Shown piece by piece: positions 18,736 to 26,962 of a stretch of 64,000 nucleotides of DNA (the first letter of the stretch is position 1; each line of letters starts with the position of its first letter). The position numbers and the translations under genes are program-made. The stretch is taken from the sequence record OR413581.1. One strand, written 5' to 3'. The notes under the pieces were generated by a model. It was not told the origin of the DNA and made no database searches. It saw only the letters and a list, made by a program, of their open reading frames with translations.

Positions 18736-20055
18736 ATGATCAACTATAACAAACCTGTCATGCAGCTGGTTTGGGATCAGATTAATCGTGATAACCCGCA
18801 GCTCAAGAAACCACTCAACGCAACCAACGTGGCGTTATTACAAGGTCCTTTAACCAATGCCTTGCGCGATGGCCGCAACAGCCGTATAGTGGTAAACGGA
18901 TTACAGGGTGGCGGTTACAGCGGTAAGATGGACATCTACTACGACCGCTTAAACCTTTCGCAGTATTTTAAAGGCGTCAGCGTACCGGTTAAAGTACCTT
19001 ATCGGGCGACGTCCTACCGCGACATCATCGACCGGATTTCCGCAGCTTGTGGGCTGGTGCTTACTGCTGACGATTTAACGTATCCTGACAGCCAGTTTGC
19101 AATGATCACTGTGGCAACGGGCGATCGGACGGTGGCGATTAAATCGGATAACCCCGCATTCACGGGTCACATTCCTATTAGCTTTATTCGTGAAGAGCCC
19201 AGCTTTGCCGACTTGTACCACACCACCGAAACCGGAGCTTGGGAACCCATGGATGTTTACAGCACGGTCTATCGACTCGACTGGAGCATGTACACCCAAC
19301 AGATAATCAATATCCCGATGGGTACCCCGCTGCGACTAAACAGTAACTCGTACATGACCCAGTTCATCGCGGCGCTGTCGGCATGGTCGGGCATCCCGTT
19401 CACTATCGGTAATGCTGCTACTGATAACCCGTATGACCTCTATGGGTATGTCGCTACACGCAATAACAACCCAGGCTTAGACCCTGATATGCGTGGGGAG
19501 TACAATTACTGCGTGAAGTTGACGCCACCTGAGGATATGGGTAATCTCCGCCGTCCGTTTTTCTTGCACTTTGGTCCGAAAAATAACGTGGCCTATTTGG
19601 CGCAGGAAAAGGACGTCGAACGTTATGCGCGTTACATGAGGTTCCGGGAAACCAGCTCAAATTCGATGAGCGTCACGTTGTATCAAAACGAGTACGTGTT
19701 GACTCGGGCGGAAGCGCCTGAAACAATGGATGATTTAACGGGTTCCCCGTATGGAACTCGATACTGTACCGGGAGTATTCGACGGCTGATGCAACACGCG
19801 TTTCCGACCGAAGAAATGTTCCAAGAAAGTATTGCTAACCGGCGTCGGGTACTGTACCACACTGCTTACACCACCACGACATCAGCTATTACTTACCAGG
19901 GACTATACCGTAACGGATACCAATCCAAACAAATGACGAGCATTTACTCGAATTACTGTAACTATTTCATCTATTACGACCCAAGCAAAGGCGGCTATAT
20001 GGTCTACAGTCCATATAGCAAAACCGCCCCGGTCCCTTGGTATCCACCGCTATAG
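18736..20055 (+). CDS. fibre-like structural protein (family A N-domain)
   Basis: GRNSRIVV..GYSG..YYDR; C-terminal YYD..PY.K.AP.PW shared with 20070. Confidence 0.75.
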   Translation: MINYNKPVMQLVWDQINRDNPQLKKPLNATNVALLQGPLTNALRDGRNSRIVVNGLQGGGYSGKMDIYYDRLNLSQYFKGVSVPVKVPYRATSYRDIIDRISAACGLVLTADDLTYPDSQFAMITVATGDRTVAIKSDNPAFTGHIPISFIREEPSFADLYHTTETGAWEPMDVYSTVYRLDWSMYTQQIINIPMGTPLRLNSNSYMTQFIAALSAWSGIPFTIGNAATDNPYDLYGYVATRNNNPGLDPDMRGEYNYCVKLTPPEDMGNLRRPFFLHFGPKNNVAYLAQEKDVERYARYMRFRETSSNSMSVTLYQNEYVLTRAEAPETMDDLTGSPYGTRYCTGSIRRLMQHAFPTEEMFQESIANRRRVLYHTAYTTTTSAITYQGLYRNGYQSKQMTSIYSNYCNYFIYYDPSKGGYMVYSPYSKTAPVPWYPPL

Positions 20056-20069
20056 ACTAAGGTGTCACC

Positions 20070-22247
20070 ATGTCCTACACTCCTGATTTAGTGGCGACCG
20101 TGATTCGGTCGCTCAACCGTAAAAACGCGGTCGCCAGAGCAGTAGACCCCGCTAACGTACGCCTGGTGTCCGTGGCGCATCGTGACGAAAAAACCCTAGA
20201 CGTCACACTGACAGGGGGTCCGGGGTATTCAAATTACGGTCAAATTACGGCCCAGGTCACGAAGCAAAATATTGCTGATTATTTCGCTAAGGTTAAGTTG
20301 GATGCCATTCCCACTTGTGCATCCATTCACGAACTGTTGCCGCATTTAGACACTTTACTGGGGATTACCTTTTTAACCGACGACTTTGAAGACCTGCCTA
20401 TCACTTGGACAAACAATGCTGCGCGCATCACGTTCCAGGCGAAACAGACAAGTCTTGTCTGGTACGGCAGCCAAACGCTAGATGTGATAAACGGCGACGT
20501 GGATATCAACACCGTCTACACTGTTACCAATATCATTCTCACGCTAAAGGCTGCGAATAAACAGCAGTGGATTAACTTCTACTCTAATGCAGCCAAACGG
20601 ATCGTGGATCTTGATAAAGTCGATGTCAGCGCCCCGATGTCCCCGGAGGATATAGGCCAAACCTCTGCGTATAACAGCGTCGTGGCTTTGACCGCTAGAC
20701 CGGGGAGCGGGATGTTTGGAACGAAGTATGTGTTCTTTTCACGTAACAAACTCGAGGCATATGCAGGAAAAACCACATACGTCCCGGATGATTTCACCGG
20801 TAGCCTGCACGATGCACTGGCCATCGAGACACTCGGCATTCGGAGTGTTTTTGATGTAAACGAAATTGCTCCTGTAGAGAACTTGGCAGGCGAGTGGCCA
20901 AGACAAGTGCAATTGGCACCCGTGGAGGGTTCGTACAAAGTCATGGGCAACGCCACGTTGAATGTGGCACGCTATCAAGATAACGAGCAAACCCTTAACC
21001 TGAACTACACAACTACGTCGCAAGTTTCGGACAGCTACTGGGCCACGACGTTGACCAACCATGCGGCGTGCGGGCGTTTGTTTGTTAACGTGACCGTGGA
21101 TGCAGGGGCTTTCGTTTATCGCGACAGCAACCTGAAACCGACGTTCGTTATCGACGAATTGCCGCAAATTGGCGAGGTGGTTTGGAACTTCGTTAACCGG
21201 GGAACCATTCTTGGTCGTGGTGGTTCGGGTATGGTCTATTCTCTGCCTGCGAACACATCAGCGGACGGAGCTGACGCAATCCACATTACCGATGCCTTCC
21301 GCGGCAAAGTCACCATCGAAAACTACGGCACCATCGCCGGAGGTGGGGGTGGGGGCGACTACTATGCGTTTAGCACCACCAAGATCGGTGGAGCTGGTGG
21401 TGCGCCTCTCGGGCCAGGCGCGGCGGTACCCAGCGGCACCAATAACCGTAACGGCTTAGCTGGGTCCCGTGACAAAGGCGGTGCTACTCAGTTAGTCGTC
21501 GCACAATTTACCGGCTACCAGAGTCGCTACTATGGCGGTCCGGGTGGGGATTGGGGCCAGCCGGGACGATATACAGCGTTCGAGCAATGGAACACCCCGG
21601 CTACCGGCTCACCGATCTATGTCTACAGTCGTGAAGACGGGATGTCATGGACTCGCCCTGGGATGGCAGGCGAAGCCGTCGGTGGGAATAAAAGTATCGT
21701 CAACTGGGTATCCGTCGGAACGGTGAAACCGAATGTCACCGACGAGTACCAAGAGTTCCTCGACTACCTCGCAGATTTAGATGCCAACCGATTGGCCAGT
21801 GCGGATGGGATAGATAAAGTCAGCGACCCAACCAAACCTGTAGTTGTGGAGTTCTTAGGTACGATTATTTCAGGTACGCTGTTCCAAAAGCAAAACATAC
21901 CCGGCGGTTTGGTGGGAACACCATACGGCGATGCTGTAGCCAACTTACCAGCCACCACATTGTTTGGTATCATGGCACACTGTGTATCGGAGTTTGATAT
22001 TGTGCACGACACTTGGCGTTACAACCGCGCGGTAATGTTCACGCTAAAACCCGCACCTACCGGGGCGATTAGCCTCGCTGTGGAACGCAACCGGGTGAAA
22101 TCGGCTACCAGTAGTGCACCGGTGGAGAAGTTCTACGTCGATCGCTTCGTGTATTACGATGCGTATCTCGGTAAAATGATGGAATGTAATCCGTATACCA
22201 AATCTGCCCCTAAACCGTGGGTGCGGCCAACGATACCGTTATCGTAA
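20070..22247 (+). CDS. tail fibre/receptor-binding protein with gp38-like glycine-rich adhesin domain
   Basis: GTILGRGGSG / DAIHI / IENYGTIAGGGGGG / GGAGGAPLG / GGPGGDWGQPG / GMAGEAV..W..VG follows the T-even gp38 motif order. Confidence 0.75.
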   Translation: MSYTPDLVATVIRSLNRKNAVARAVDPANVRLVSVAHRDEKTLDVTLTGGPGYSNYGQITAQVTKQNIADYFAKVKLDAIPTCASIHELLPHLDTLLGITFLTDDFEDLPITWTNNAARITFQAKQTSLVWYGSQTLDVINGDVDINTVYTVTNIILTLKAANKQQWINFYSNAAKRIVDLDKVDVSAPMSPEDIGQTSAYNSVVALTARPGSGMFGTKYVFFSRNKLEAYAGKTTYVPDDFTGSLHDALAIETLGIRSVFDVNEIAPVENLAGEWPRQVQLAPVEGSYKVMGNATLNVARYQDNEQTLNLNYTTTSQVSDSYWATTLTNHAACGRLFVNVTVDAGAFVYRDSNLKPTFVIDELPQIGEVVWNFVNRGTILGRGGSGMVYSLPANTSADGADAIHITDAFRGKVTIENYGTIAGGGGGGDYYAFSTTKIGGAGGAPLGPGAAVPSGTNNRNGLAGSRDKGGATQLVVAQFTGYQSRYYGGPGGDWGQPGRYTAFEQWNTPATGSPIYVYSREDGMSWTRPGMAGEAVGGNKSIVNWVSVGTVKPNVTDEYQEFLDYLADLDANRLASADGIDKVSDPTKPVVVEFLGTIISGTLFQKQNIPGGLVGTPYGDAVANLPATTLFGIMAHCVSEFDIVHDTWRYNRAVMFTLKPAPTGAISLAVERNRVKSATSSAPVEKFYVDRFVYYDAYLGKMMECNPYTKSAPKPWVRPTIPLS

Positions 22248-22293
22248 TTTAACGAGGAACTTGACGGGTTTAAAGCCTGAAGATAATCCATGC

Positions 22294-22325
22294 CCTCTTC
22301 CCCACGGGGAAGAGGCTTTCTTTTT
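22294..22325 (+). terminator. rho-independent terminator
   Basis: CCTCTTCCC-CACG-GGGAAGAGG plus T tract. Confidence 0.75.
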
Positions 22326-22352
22326 ATGACCCTATCAACTCAGGAGGTTATC

Positions 22353-22943
22353 GTGGTCGATCGTTGGAGTAAAGAGGGCATTATTCGTGCCAAAGTAAAC
22401 ATCGAAGCCGGTTACGTTAATAACCCGAAAGATTTGGGCAAAGCAACGAACCGCGGTGTCACCGAACTCACTGCGCGCGAATATGGCTATAAAGGGGATA
22501 TGCGTGACCTGAGCTTAGAAATCGCGTTAGACATTTACAACAAGCTCTGGTGGCAGCGGATGCGTTTAGACCAGATTATGAAAATGAATGTCCTGCTAGC
22601 TGACCGAATGTTTGATTTCGGCATTAACGCAGGACGCGGTAACTGTATCAAGTCCCTGCAACGTATTCTGAACGTATTAAACCGTCAGGGTAAACTATAC
22701 GATGATATCGATGCCGATGGTGGTATCGGGCCACGTACGTTAACAGCGTTAGAAGGCTTCATCAAAGCCCGTGGGGAAGAGGGCCTGAATCGACTGATGT
22801 TCGCTTTAACCTGTCATCAGGTTGCGTATTACACGGAAATCAGTGAAGGGCGTGAGGATAACGAAGAGTTTACTTACGGCTGGTATGGCCGCGTCTATCA
22901 GGAAATGCCAGACTACGTGGCTAAGTTGGGGATGTGCAAATGA
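22353..22943 (+). CDS. endolysin, glycoside hydrolase family 108 with PG-binding domain
   Basis: EAGYVNNPKDLGKATNRGVT (GH108 EGGY..D.GG.T..GIT-type), FDFGINAG, DGGIGPRTL, F.YGW; AGGAGG RBS before GTG 22353. Confidence 0.85.
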   Translation: MVDRWSKEGIIRAKVNIEAGYVNNPKDLGKATNRGVTELTAREYGYKGDMRDLSLEIALDIYNKLWWQRMRLDQIMKMNVLLADRMFDFGINAGRGNCIKSLQRILNVLNRQGKLYDDIDADGGIGPRTLTALEGFIKARGEEGLNRLMFALTCHQVAYYTEISEGREDNEEFTYGWYGRVYQEMPDYVAKLGMCK

Positions 22944-23041
22944 AACAGAATTGGTTTGCTGCCTTAATGAAAGCTATCTGGCGCGCCCTTGTTTTTGCCG
23001 CAAGGAGAAAACGTAATGACCCACCGTCCAACTCCGCCTAA
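22940..23041 (+). CDS. 33-aa amphipathic/basic micro-ORF
   Basis: ATGA overlap with endolysin stop; MKQNWFAALMKAIWRALVFAARRKRNDPPSNSA. Confidence 0.4.
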   Translation: MKQNWFAALMKAIWRALVFAARRKRNDPPSNSA

Positions 23042-23168
23042 GTTCCCCGAAGTACAAACCGTTCCGGAAACGTATTACGATTCTGGGTTCTTCAAACTAT
23101 TACGCGCGATCTTCTGTCAGAGGGTAAAGCCATGCAATACGACAACGACGACTGGCCGAAAGGCTTAA
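23016..23168 (+). CDS. 50-aa micro-ORF
   Basis: AAGGAG RBS; MTHRPTPPKFPEVQ... Confidence 0.45.
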   Translation: MTHRPTPPKFPEVQTVPETYYDSGFFKLLRAIFCQRVKPCNTTTTTGRKA

Positions 23169-23224
23169 TGCCCATTTTACTGGGATTAATGGTCCTCACG
23201 ATGCTCGTGCGTTATATGACGTGA
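23132..23224 (+). CDS. 30-aa single-TM micro-ORF
   Basis: GAGGG RBS; MQYDNDDWPKGLMPILLGLMVLTMLVRYMT. Confidence 0.45.
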   Translation: MQYDNDDWPKGLMPILLGLMVLTMLVRYMT

Positions 23225-23231
23225 GGCCAGT

Positions 23232-23873
23232 ATGGAAGCACTTAAGTATAAGTTGTTAGAGAAGCCGTGGTTTATTCTCACGGATGATTTCCATTTCGAG
23301 TTTACGTTGCGCAGCCTCTACCGTGAACACACCGGAATGGATGCGATGGTAGCATTAGCAGGTGTACATCCGGATACTCCGTTATGGGTAACGGTACCGA
23401 AAGGATTTGTGACGGACCTGGCAAGTATTCCAGAAGCATTACGTCCTATCCTGCATCCGGATGGGCCTTGGGCTGCTGCCGCTTGTGTGCATGATTTGTT
23501 TTACCAGAAACGTTCATCGGTAGGCTTTTACCCTGACACTGTCGAAGGTAATCTATCTCGTGCATGTGACAAAACATTCGCTGACCTGATGTTCTTACGT
23601 ATCATGGAGGCATTAGGCGTTGACACCTTTATTCGTAAGTCCTTCTACCATGCCGTTCACGAGTTTGGTTGGCCGTCCTATGTAGACGATAACTCTAAGG
23701 TGGTTTATAGCCGGCCGGTAGAAAAGACGTTGTCCTATAATCGCAACTACCTGTTCTTTAGAACGTCGCGTACGTTAGCGATTCCTGAACACGAACGTGT
23801 TGACATTACTAATGGGCAACCGGTAAACGTGCAGTATTTGAATATCAAACGTGCGTTCCTGACTACCCCTTAA
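23232..23873 (+). CDS. DUF1353-like phage protein
   Basis: VTVPKGFVTDLASIP..AAACVHDLFY..AD..FL..M..LGV. Confidence 0.75.
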   Translation: MEALKYKLLEKPWFILTDDFHFEFTLRSLYREHTGMDAMVALAGVHPDTPLWVTVPKGFVTDLASIPEALRPILHPDGPWAAAACVHDLFYQKRSSVGFYPDTVEGNLSRACDKTFADLMFLRIMEALGVDTFIRKSFYHAVHEFGWPSYVDDNSKVVYSRPVEKTLSYNRNYLFFRTSRTLAIPEHERVDITNGQPVNVQYLNIKRAFLTTP

Positions 23874-23882
23874 GGAGAGAAA

Positions 23883-24398
23883 ATGTTTCATCCGAATCCT
23901 GCCAACTTCGCGTTAAAAGAGTTGATGCCGCAGGAGTACATCGCGAAATACGGTGAAGGTGCTATTCGTTTCCTTAATCCGTTACTGCTAATCTCGCTCC
24001 AACAGATTCGTAATCGTTTTGGGCGGATGGTGATTTTAACCAGTTCCCAGCAACAGCGTAGTCTGCGTACCCTGCAGTTCTTTATTAATCAAGAGAAACC
24101 AAAGGGTGGCGATTGGCAAACTCGTGCAAACAAACTGTACGCCGAATCAGGCAGTATGCATAAATTCGGTAATGCGTTTGATGCAACAATGCTCGATACT
24201 CCGTTGCAGAAAGTCCACGATTATATTGCCGCGAACCCTGACGAGTTTCCATTTATTCACTTTATCGAGTGCGATATTACCTGGCTGCATGTTGACGTAC
24301 GCAACCAACCTGATATCACCTTCTGGTCACCAACGCGTGGTACCGTTAAAGTGGTAAAACAACAACCCATCGATTGGAGCAAGCTAGTTAAAATCTAA
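23883..24398 (+). CDS. peptidase M15-family Zn endopeptidase (second endolysin-like enzyme)
   Basis: LQQIRNRFG..S..R; SMHKFGNAFD (SxH..G.A.D); WLHVD. Confidence 0.75.
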   Translation: MFHPNPANFALKELMPQEYIAKYGEGAIRFLNPLLLISLQQIRNRFGRMVILTSSQQQRSLRTLQFFINQEKPKGGDWQTRANKLYAESGSMHKFGNAFDATMLDTPLQKVHDYIAANPDEFPFIHFIECDITWLHVDVRNQPDITFWSPTRGTVKVVKQQPIDWSKLVKI

Positions 24399-24490
24399 GC
24401 TACTTTAATCAAAAGTAATATAATTTATCATCTAATACGTTTAACGCTTTTAGAGAGCGTTACAGAGCGTTTTAGAGGGTAAATAAAGCC

Positions 24491-24521
24491 CTTACCCACT
24501 CCCCTTACGGGAGTGGGTAAG
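24491..24521. terminator. bidirectional terminator between convergent genes
   Basis: CTTACCCACTCCC-CTTAC-GGGAGTGGGTAAG, 13-bp perfect stem, A/T-rich flanks. Confidence 0.8.
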
Positions 24522-24523
24522 CA

Positions 24524-25015
24524 CTATTTATTTTCTTCTAACGGAACAATCGTAATCGGGGTAGGAACTTCGTCAATAAGGCCACCGCTGCAGCGAAAGA
24601 ACGTCATCCCTTTACCTTCCCCGGTATGCGGGTTCACATCCGAAAAAGAATAAGTAGGGCCATCGTTTACGGTTTTATTAATACGGTAATAACGTTCGCC
24701 TGTGGTGGTGTTAATATTCCCGTCGATTTTGCCGATCACGTCTTTAAACATCATCGGTGACTCTAGTTTGCCACCGTCCCACGTTGCTACCCAGTTTGCA
24801 CCCACATCCATTACTGTTACTGACCGCGGCATCATTTGTAGGTTGTCCAGTACCGGACGGTAGTCTACAAACTTCTCCTGCGTCCCTGTGCATGTATAAA
24901 TCACCAAGTCGTGATTCTTTACTGGTGTGGCGCTAAATTGCCCTATGTTGCTTGGCGACTGAACACAACCGGCCAACAGGTTTATAATCGCGAATACGAT
25001 AAATAGACGTTTCAT
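24524..25015 (-). CDS. lipoprotein
   Basis: MKRLFIVFAIINLLAGC: basic N, hydrophobic core, LAGC lipobox; AAGGA RBS. Confidence 0.75.
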   Translation of the reverse strand: MKRLFIVFAIINLLAGCVQSPSNIGQFSATPVKNHDLVIYTCTGTQEKFVDYRPVLDNLQMMPRSVTVMDVGANWVATWDGGKLESPMMFKDVIGKIDGNINTTTGERYYRINKTVNDGPTYSFSDVNPHTGEGKGMTFFRCSGGLIDEVPTPITIVPLEENK

Positions 25016-25103
25016 AAGGTATCCTTTCGGTGGTAAAAACTTTCTCGTTTAACAGCCAACTTTACTGTCATATTAAGCCCACTATGTAGTTTTTAGAACG
25101 ATT

Positions 25104-25110
25104 TAGTATG
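25104..25110 (+). promoter_or_regulatory. putative late promoter TAGTATG
   Basis: 30 nt upstream of the structural gene at 25140. Confidence 0.45.
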
Positions 25111-25139
25111 CACCACAAACCTACTATAAGGAAACAACC

Positions 25140-25667
25140 ATGGCAGTCATCTCTGCAAAAGACCAACTCGTCGCGCTGTTTAATGCTGCAAACAGCGGAC
25201 TGTCTAGTCCGTTAACTTCTGCTGACGTTACATTCGGCGCTGTTGCTGACTATTCACCAGCAGATTCTGGAGACACTCGCAACTCCAAACTCACCATCAC
25301 TGCCACCGCGGAATCCGCTAACTTTACTGGCGAGAAAGAGCTGCATTATACCCGCCTCGATTCATCGAACATCATCGGTGCGAAAGCAGTTACCGCTGAC
25401 CAGGCAGAATGGGATACCGATGAAGAAGTGCTTGCTTTTGTCAACGCAGATCTAATTGCCGCCGGTAAAACGGAAGATGCGTTTGCATTGTCTGAACTCA
25501 CCATTTCACGCGAGGACGGCGACAGTGGTGAGAAAATCATCACTGTTATGGTGAAAGAAGGCCACATTAAATACCAGCCTGCCAGCCTTGCAGTTTATAC
25601 TGTAACGCAGCCAATCGTTAAAACTGACCTGAGCACCACTAACGGTGAACTGGACGGATTCGTTTAA
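25140..25667 (+). CDS. stand-alone family A structural protein
   Basis: TRNSKLTITA..FTGEKELHYTR; ends LSTTNGELDGFV; AAGGA RBS. Confidence 0.8.
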   Translation: MAVISAKDQLVALFNAANSGLSSPLTSADVTFGAVADYSPADSGDTRNSKLTITATAESANFTGEKELHYTRLDSSNIIGAKAVTADQAEWDTDEEVLAFVNADLIAAGKTEDAFALSELTISREDGDSGEKIITVMVKEGHIKYQPASLAVYTVTQPIVKTDLSTTNGELDGFV

Positions 25668-25707
25668 CAAAACAACTTAGTAGTTTCTAAGAAATAAATA
25701 AAAGGTA

Positions 25708-25745
25708 CCTACCTCCCTTCGGGGAGGTAGGGCCTTTATTTTCTT
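25708..25745. terminator. bidirectional terminator ending the - strand late operon
   Basis: CCTACCTCCC-TTCG-GGGAGGTAGG with A-rich and T-rich flanks. Confidence 0.85.
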
Positions 25746-25748
25746 TGC

Positions 25749-26420
25749 TTACATGCCGAGTGATTCGGACAATGTTTTTAATCCAGTGTAATCGCGCTTT
25801 TCAGCTAACTCACGGATTTGGCGTTTGTTATCTGCCATTGCTGAGTGCAACACTTGGTCACGTGCAACAATAGCGGCCAGCAACGCTTTACATTGGGCTA
25901 CTGTAAACGGACTGTGCTTAGTATTCAGCGTATCGAGCCAGTATTCTGGTGCGGTATCTGCCTGAATGTATTGACCGAGGATGGTACGCGACGATTCATC
26001 GGCTTGAAAGTGGCTACCTTCAAACTCGATATAACCATGGCGCTCATCTTCGTAGCGGTGGTCGAGTTCCAACAGCATTTTCTGCACGTCTTCGTAAATG
26101 TAACGTGCGGTAGATTTCAGATTCCCGCGAATTTCGTCGAGGTCAATCTCCAGCACATTAGCAATAAACTCTTTCGTGCGTTTCAATGTGAAGTTAGCTT
26201 CAATCTCCGACATCTCATACAGCTTCATGCGTGCCAGGGCTTCTTTATCAGACATCCCTTCGATGAGATGGTAATGGAGTAATGCACAAAATCCGGTACG
26301 GCCCTGATCCTGCGCACCGATTCGTTCCATGAAATTACCGTGACGATCAATCGGCAAATCACGCTGGAAATAACGGGCGCGGATCTCTTCGTTCGTTAAG
26401 CTTTTGTCAGTAACAGACAT
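25749..26420 (-). CDS. DUF4376-domain protein (tail-fibre associated)
   Basis: C-half GSHFQADESSR..YWLDTLN..F...CKALLAAI fits the DUF4376 pattern; GAGGAGG RBS. Confidence 0.65.
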   Translation of the reverse strand: MSVTDKSLTNEEIRARYFQRDLPIDRHGNFMERIGAQDQGRTGFCALLHYHLIEGMSDKEALARMKLYEMSEIEANFTLKRTKEFIANVLEIDLDEIRGNLKSTARYIYEDVQKMLLELDHRYEDERHGYIEFEGSHFQADESSRTILGQYIQADTAPEYWLDTLNTKHSPFTVAQCKALLAAIVARDQVLHSAMADNKRQIRELAEKRDYTGLKTLSESLGM

Positions 26421-26962
26421 TCGTCCTCCTCAATCAGGCCAAGTTCTAACAACAAACCGAAGTCCAGCATCTGGAAGTCCTGATCGAGGTTACCGGCCCA
26501 CAACAGAGAAATGTTGTGTTGCTCTTCTTCTTCCAACTGCGGGAGCAGGTGTTCTTCGAAGATTTGACGCTCTGTGTAATAAGCGTCAACCGGGTTATTG
26601 GAGCGTAAGTTACGAATACGCATCCGCGGGAATGACAAGCCCAACGCCACTAAACTTTCAGGACTGGCTTCATCAATAGAGTGACGTAGCAGTTCGATTT
26701 TGTGGCGTGGGTATGCAAGCAGTCGCTTCTCAAAGCCAGGGTTGCGCTTTTCGATTTCCGCGACAGACTCGTGTCCTTTCTCAACGCAGTAGACCGGGAT
26801 CATCACATTCAGCCCGTATTTAATCAACAGGCTTTGGATTTCATCAGTGAAGTCTTCCCCTGCCACAATTGCGTGCACATTGTACAGCTTGCTTTTGCGC
26901 AGGAAGCGATCGACCAAGTGCAGTTTACGCTTCGTAAAATTGTGAATCAGTATTGACTTCAT
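26396..26962 (-). CDS. hypothetical protein in the radical SAM cluster
   Basis: GGAG RBS before ATG 26962 (MKSILIHNF); overlaps both neighbours. Confidence 0.75.
   Translation of the reverse strand: MKSILIHNFTKRKLHLVDRFLRKSKLYNVHAIVAGEDFTDEIQSLLIKYGLNVMIPVYCVEKGHESVAEIEKRNPGFEKRLLAYPRHKIELLRHSIDEASPESLVALGLSFPRMRIRNLRSNNPVDAYYTERQIFEEHLLPQLEEEEQHNISLLWAGNLDQDFQMLDFGLLLELGLIEEDECLLLTKA

Noticed and set aside
11791-22247. Diversity-generating retroelement or invertase switching of fibre genes
   Set aside because: No reverse transcriptase, recombinase, near-identical template repeat or inverted crossover sites seen; the paralogues are deeply diverged
22290-22352. Longer endolysin N-terminus from the ORF track (possible SAR/signal)
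   Set aside because: It overlaps the upstream terminator; the strong AGGAGG RBS favours GTG 22353
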